Assembly: GCF_000734015.1 (NCBI RefSeq)
Contig: NZ_CP008796.1
Span: forward strand, 30,001 to 62,000
Origin: Thermodesulfobacterium commune DSM 2178
GTDB lineage: Bacteria; Desulfobacterota; Thermodesulfobacteria; Thermodesulfobacteriales; Thermodesulfobacteriaceae
DNA: 32,000 nucleotides
Direction of reading: 5' to 3'
The notes beneath the pieces are model-generated. The model saw only the letters and a list, made by a program, of their open reading frames with translations, was not told the DNA's origin and did not search any database. The translations under genes and the position numbers were made by a program. This document shows, one piece after another, positions 28,126 to 32,000 of this stretch (position 1 is the first letter of the stretch; the number at the start of each line of letters is the position of its first letter).

Positions 28126-29607
28126 TTAGCCTAAAAATTTACGCAGATAACCTGCTTCTACTATCAGGCTGGTAGCTTGCGAGGAAAGTCCTTTTTTAAG
28201 GTTTTTAAGTAGGGTAGAAGTGACTTCTTTATGTTCCTCGTTTGGCTCATAGTTAAGGTTTAAAATATTTAGGAGGTTCAGAGCTTTGATAATTTTGTTT
28301 TTGACCTCTTCAGGCATAAGGTCTAAGCATTTTGGGTTAAAATATTGGAGAGCTTTAGAAAAATCAAACTCTAAGTTGTGGTAATAGTTTTTAAGTTCAT
28401 GTAACTCTTCTTTGGTTAAAGCGTTTAACCCAAAGATTTCAGGGGGAAGACCTATAGAATAACAGGCAGCACAAAAGCTTATAACCCTTGGGAGCACTAT
28501 CCCATGAAGGCTTCTTGAGTAACCAAAAAGGCCTATATGGAGTTTTCTCATCCTTCTTTTTGGTACAAATTTGGCTAATTCGTTTATCGCAGGAGCAATC
28601 GGGGCGATGGTAGCTTTATACTCTTCTGAAATCTTTTGGATTATTTTTTGACAAAATTCAAAGTCTATGTCTGAGATAGGATGTCTGATAAAAGTTTTTA
28701 CTTTTTTGATCCCTGAAATTACATCCTCTACCGGAAAATCATATTTAAAGGCAGACTGAACGGTAAAGGTTTCTACCGAAGAATACTCAGAAAGAACCTT
28801 TTCTACGGTGTAAGGAGAAAAGTTCCCTCTAAAAACAGGGGTTCCTACCCCTAATATAGGATAAACCTCTACATCATGCTTTAAGGCAAAACTTTCTAAT
28901 TTTTTTAAGGCAATTTTAACCCCTAAAACAGCACTTATAAGCCCATAGTTTAACGCCGGGTCAGATCGAGCTAAAAACACCCGAAGATAGGTCAGATTTT
29001 TGTCTTTAACATACTCTTCCAAGATTCGATCTATGTTAAAAAAGGATTCGATGTTTTCAAAAAGTGGAATAACGTTGATACTTTCAGGTAGAAACTCACC
29101 TACCCACTCAGCTACCGTGATGTCTCCTGGGTAAATAGGTTGATGTTGGAGACCAGCGATAAAGTTTTTGTAGTAATAATAAACCCGGTTGAGTTCCTTG
29201 GCTGAAGTGGTCATTGGGAGTATTACCTCAAAAATCGGAGGAGGATGATCCTTTAAGAAGATACGGGCTGCATCCATAGACCGAGGGATACTTTCTAAGG
29301 CCTCAACTAAAATTTTAGCCTCATCTTTTTCTACCGTGGGGTTAGGGATTCTAAGGGTGATAAAACAGTCCTTGCCTAAAAGATGTCTTTTAAAAAAATT
29401 AGGATACTTACTATAAAGCTTTTTAACCACAAAGTCGTCTACCTCTTTGCCTTCACTGTCCCACATCTGTTCATCGCAACCTAAATGAGAAAAGGCATAA
29501 TAGGCCTCTTGGATCTCGTCTTCACCTGACATGTCAGGATGCTCTGCAAAAAAAGGCATGGAAACGTTATCTGGATGTTGGGTAGACATCACCCTTGGAA
29601 CCTTCAT
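28126..29607 (-). CDS. ppcA: phosphoenolpyruvate carboxylase, archaeal type
   Basis: MKVPRVMSTQHPDN N-terminus and DEQMWDSEGKEVD motif are characteristic of the ~500-aa archaeal-type PEPC, not the ~900-aa bacterial Ppc. I prefer ATG 29607 (GAGG SD 5 nt upstream) over the track's GTG 29613. Confidence 0.85.
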   Translation of the reverse strand: MKVPRVMSTQHPDNVSMPFFAEHPDMSGEDEIQEAYYAFSHLGCDEQMWDSEGKEVDDFVVKKLYSKYPNFFKRHLLGKDCFITLRIPNPTVEKDEAKILVEALESIPRSMDAARIFLKDHPPPIFEVILPMTTSAKELNRVYYYYKNFIAGLQHQPIYPGDITVAEWVGEFLPESINVIPLFENIESFFNIDRILEEYVKDKNLTYLRVFLARSDPALNYGLISAVLGVKIALKKLESFALKHDVEVYPILGVGTPVFRGNFSPYTVEKVLSEYSSVETFTVQSAFKYDFPVEDVISGIKKVKTFIRHPISDIDFEFCQKIIQKISEEYKATIAPIAPAINELAKFVPKRRMRKLHIGLFGYSRSLHGIVLPRVISFCAACYSIGLPPEIFGLNALTKEELHELKNYYHNLEFDFSKALQYFNPKCLDLMPEEVKNKIIKALNLLNILNLNYEPNEEHKEVTSTLLKNLKKGLSSQATSLIVEAGYLRKFLG

Positions 29608-29645
29608 AACCACCTCTATCTAAAAAAGTTTTTTGAAGACTCCAT

Positions 29646-29876
29646 TTAATTAAAACTAACAGAGGTTTCTAATATTTCAATCTCAAGTTTTTCTTTAAGA
29701 TATTCTAGGAGGTCATTTACAAAAATAAGATTTTTAGGATAAAAATAGATTTTAGTCAAACCAGACTTAGGATCTAATATGGTTAGACTTGATAGATGGT
29801 CATAGCCTTCAAGTATAAACTTGAAGAAGGCAATCTGAGAAGGATTAACCTTAACCAGAAAGTATCCACTCCGCAT
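29646..29876 (-). CDS. small DUF4911-like protein
   Basis: 76 aa. IAFFKFILEGYDHLSSLTILDP resembles the (F/L)ILEGYDGL core I associate with DUF4911 (from memory). 32 nt upstream of ppcA. The start codon sits only 5 nt after the csp terminator U-tract and has no SD. Confidence 0.5.
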   Translation of the reverse strand: MRSGYFLVKVNPSQIAFFKFILEGYDHLSSLTILDPKSGLTKIYFYPKNLIFVNDLLEYLKEKLEIEILETSVSFN

Positions 29877-29880
29877 TTAG

Positions 29881-29907
29881 CAAAAAGGAAGGGGGAAGAC
29901 CCCCTTC
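29881..29907 (-). terminator. rho-independent terminator downstream of csp
   Basis: Minus-strand RNA GAAGGGGG-UCUU-CCCCCUUC (29907-29888) followed by CUUUUUG (29887-29881). Begins 27 nt after the csp stop. Confidence 0.78.
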
Positions 29908-29934
29908 TGTGATTTTAAAAGCCAGAACTATGGT

Positions 29935-30171
29935 TTATTCGCTTTTAGGTGATCTTCCTAGATTGCCGCTGTTGACGACCTTCACCTTTGAAGCTTGCTC
30001 GCCTTTAGGACCTTGCACTACCTCAAACTCTACCACTTGTCCTTCCTTAAGGGTCTTGAATCCAGACATTTCTATGGCAGAGTAATGTACAAACACATCT
30101 CCGCCATCATCCTTGGAAATGAAGCCATACCCCTTTTTCTCGTCAAACCACTTAACCTTACCTCTAAACAT
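29935..30171 (-). CDS. cold-shock domain protein (CspA family)
   Basis: [15 protein letters not shown] (RNP1) and DVFVHYSAI (RNP2) motifs. 78 aa with a 12-aa C-terminal tail beyond the usual CSD. AAGGAGG SD. Confidence 0.93.
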   Translation of the reverse strand: MFRGKVKWFDEKKGYGFISKDDGGDVFVHYSAIEMSGFKTLKEGQVVEFEVVQGPKGEQASKVKVVNSGNLGRSPKSE

Positions 30172-30207
30172 GTTACTAAAACCTCCTTTAAGTTTTTCTA
30201 TTAGTTA

Positions 30208-30236
30208 TACTTAACCTCAAAAAATTTATTTGTAAA
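30208..30236 (-). promoter_or_regulatory. possible sigma-70-type promoter of csp
   Basis: Minus strand TTTACA (30236-30231), 17-nt spacer, TAAGTA (30213-30208). The -10 is weak, so this is tentative. It sits directly downstream of the A/T-tract block. Confidence 0.25.
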
Positions 30237-30240
30237 GGGG

Positions 30241-30272
30241 TAAATTTTAAAATTTTAAAAATTTTTAAAAAT
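30241..30272. repeat. AnTn tract block (A3T4 A4T4 A5T5 A5T)
   Basis: taaattttaaaattttaaaaatttttaaaaat read directly from the sequence. Near-palindromic pure A/T run in the csp/MFS divergent intergenic region. Confidence 0.6.
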
Positions 30273-30401
30273 AGTTTAAAACTGAAGGTTTGTGTGGGAT
30301 TGAGGAAAAGGTTGTCGTTTGATGAGTCTGAGAGGTGTTTTTTTTAAGATTTGTTTAAACAGATTGCTATTTTAGAAAATAAAGCTAAAATTTTAAAATA
30401 A

Positions 30402-31640
30402 ATGGAAATTGGTATAAGGAACTTTTTGGCTTTTTTAGACCTTTCTGAAAATCCTATTAAGATTAAAAATTTCAGATATTTTATTTTAGGACACTTTATT
30501 TCTTTTACCGGTTCTTGGACTTATAACACTGCTATTGTTTGGCTGGTTTATGAGCTAACCCGGTCTTCTTTTTATTTAGGTATCTTTAGTTTGTTTAACT
30601 CTTTACCTACTTTTGTTTTTAGTTTTTTGGCAGGATTAATCATAGACCGATTTGACCGAAAAAAACTTTTAACATGGGTGGTGTTTTTAGGGATTTTGCC
30701 TTCAGTTTTGTTGGGTTTCATTACTCAAGAGGGAAGGTTAAGTTTTTGGCTGGTAGTGTTGATAAACATGTTGGCTGTTAGTCTTGCCTCTGTTGACACC
30801 CCTTTGAGACAGGTGTTTATCAGCGAAATAGTTCCGTCAACCTACCTTACCAAAGCTATATCTTTCCAGGCTCTTTCTTTTAATACAGCCAGGATGGTTG
30901 GTCCTTTTTTAGCAGGTCTTATCATTACTTATGGACAGCTTTATCAATGTTTTTATTTTAATGCCCTTTCTTATCTACCTTTTTTTCTCTTTCTTTTATT
31001 TTTTATCAAATATCAAAAATCCTATCAGATAGACCTTGAAAATAAGAAAAATTTTATAGAAGCATTTAAAGAAGTTTTTACTTTGTTTAGAAAACAACGA
31101 GCACTTCCTGCTGTTATAGGTATGGTTTTTAGCTTTACTTTTTTTGGAGCTTCTATTCTCATTTTGTTTCCGATAATTGTTGACAAATTATTCGGAGGAG
31201 GCGGAAAAGAGTTTGGTCAACTTTCTTCTATGGTAGGTATAGGGGCTATTCTTGGCTCGGTTTATATAATTTTAGGGAAAGTTAAAAACAAACTTTCTAA
31301 ACTCTGGGTTTCTACTTGTATTTTTGCCTTAGGGGCTTTAGGGTTGGTGTGGTCTAAAATTTGGTGGTTAACCCTCTTTTGTTGTCTCCTTTTAGGTTTT
31401 TCTTTTACTAATTTTTATCCGATAGCCAACTCATACCTTCAAGAAAATACCCCTACAGAAATAAGAGGTAGGGTGATGAGTTTTTTTACTCTTTCTTTTT
31501 TAGGGGTTCATCCCTTAGGGAGTTTTTTAGCAGGGGTACTTGCAGAAAAGGTAGGTGTAGGATGGCTGGTAAGTTTTTATGTATTAAGTTTAGTTTTAGT
31601 AAATTTTTTTCTTTTAAATATTGCTAAACTAAAAAAATAG
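30402..31640 (+). CDS. MFS transporter (MFS_3 / EntS-like subfamily)
   Basis: About 12 predicted hydrophobic segments. N-terminal FRYFILGHFISFTGSW...AIVWLVYELTRSSFYLG...LAGLIIDRFDRKKLL matches the EntS-like MFS pattern. No obvious SD. Confidence 0.85.
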   Translation: MEIGIRNFLAFLDLSENPIKIKNFRYFILGHFISFTGSWTYNTAIVWLVYELTRSSFYLGIFSLFNSLPTFVFSFLAGLIIDRFDRKKLLTWVVFLGILPSVLLGFITQEGRLSFWLVVLINMLAVSLASVDTPLRQVFISEIVPSTYLTKAISFQALSFNTARMVGPFLAGLIITYGQLYQCFYFNALSYLPFFLFLLFFIKYQKSYQIDLENKKNFIEAFKEVFTLFRKQRALPAVIGMVFSFTFFGASILILFPIIVDKLFGGGGKEFGQLSSMVGIGAILGSVYIILGKVKNKLSKLWVSTCIFALGALGLVWSKIWWLTLFCCLLLGFSFTNFYPIANSYLQENTPTEIRGRVMSFFTLSFLGVHPLGSFLAGVLAEKVGVGWLVSFYVLSLVLVNFFLLNIAKLKK

Positions 31641-31669
31641 TTTATTAATTTCTCAGAGAGGGTTTAGAA

Positions 31670-32000
31670 ATGGTAGAGCTAAAAAAGATTGTAGAAACCC
31701 TAAATCTTGATGAGTGTGCTAGAGATTTAGATTTGTATGTGATGATTCTTGAACAGGATAAGGTAGTTTATTTAAACAAGGTGGCTGAAGAAAATTTAGG
31801 ATACACAAAAGAAGAGCTTCTAGAAAAAGGAATAGGGGGATTTTTAGCCTACCATCCTAATTTCCTGACAGAGCTAAAAAAAGAACTTTTAAAAAAGCAT
31901 AAGCATAAAACTATAATTAAATTTCTAACCAGAGAAGGTAAGATTATTACGTTGGAGGCTTTTTTTTATAAGGTAGAGTTGACTCCACAGAAAATTTTTA
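31670..32000 (+). CDS. PAS-domain-like protein, 3' end cut by window edge (ORF absent from supplied track)
   Basis: ATG at 31670 preceded by GAGAGGG. Frame is open for 110 codons to the window end (MVELKKIVETLNLDECARDLDLYVMILEQDKVVYLNKVAEENLGYTKEELLEKGIGGFLAYHPNF...TREGKIITLEAFFYKV), a PAS-like pattern. Confidence 0.5.
   Translation, partial: MVELKKIVETLNLDECARDLDLYVMILEQDKVVYLNKVAEENLGYTKEELLEKGIGGFLAYHPNFLTELKKELLKKHKHKTIIKFLTREGKIITLEAFFYKVELTPQKIF

Noticed and set aside
30310-30345. TTGATGAG...GAGAGG resembling a hammerhead ribozyme core, and a T8 run suggestive of a terminator
   Set aside because: The core needs CUGAUGA plus a paired GAAA and flanking helices, and none can be drawn. 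No stable hairpin precedes the T run.
30402-32000. Markedly AT-rich stretch (MFS gene and following ORF) as a horizontally acquired island
   Set aside because: Other membrane or low-expression genes in the window (kinase, DUF4390-like) look equally AT-rich by eye. Phe/Leu/Ile/Lys codon usage explains it, and there are no flanking repeats, tRNA or integrase. It would need a proper GC and k-mer computation, which I cannot run.

Overview
Dense, mostly housekeeping bacterial chromosome segment, well over 90% coding by my coordinates. I can support 35 protein-coding genes, two of them cut by the window edges. I see no rRNA, tRNA, CRISPR array, transposase, integrase or obvious prophage or defence island. 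Plus-strand block 1-4475: fabF(partial)-rpiB-acpS-nnr-PilZ-prepilin peptidase. Minus-strand operon 4472-7591: AhbA/NirD-like protein, DUF4390-like exported protein, NtrY-like histidine kinase. After a 408-bp AT-rich gap come exbB-exbD-tonB plus a lipoprotein thermonuclease, then serS, ribBA, murJ, a PMM/PGM and a DUF721 protein. A long minus-strand array (16838-26944) holds an NMO/FabK-like gene, nadA, a PHP phosphoesterase, pyrG, an M24 peptidase, an MltB-like transglycosylase, an Aquifex-type aconitase, an orphan hypothetical and ispD. It is followed by aroC, an archaeal-type PEP carboxylase, a DUF4911-like ORF, a cold-shock protein, an MFS transporter and a partial PAS-domain ORF that is not in the supplied track. 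The K/E/I/L-rich proteins, AhbA-like gene, Aquifex-type aconitase and archaeal-type PEPC suggest a thermophilic anaerobe (Thermodesulfobacteriota- or Aquificota-like); this is inference only. The best candidate for something undescribed is the 16.4-16.85 kb locus. It has a well-spaced sigma-54 type -24/-12 element, two phased TGCAA-N3-TTGCA dyads about 106 and 131 bp upstream, and a strong SD. These precede a 72-aa gene for a signal-peptide-bearing, extremely Lys/Ala/Glu-rich, probably disordered exported protein, closed by a clean terminator. Secondary leads are the regulator-less AhbA-like/DUF4390/NtrY-like operon, the exbBD-tonB-nuclease operon without a receptor gene, and the csp terminator abutting the DUF4911/archaeal-PEPC pair. 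All family calls rest on motif recognition by eye; no searches were run.
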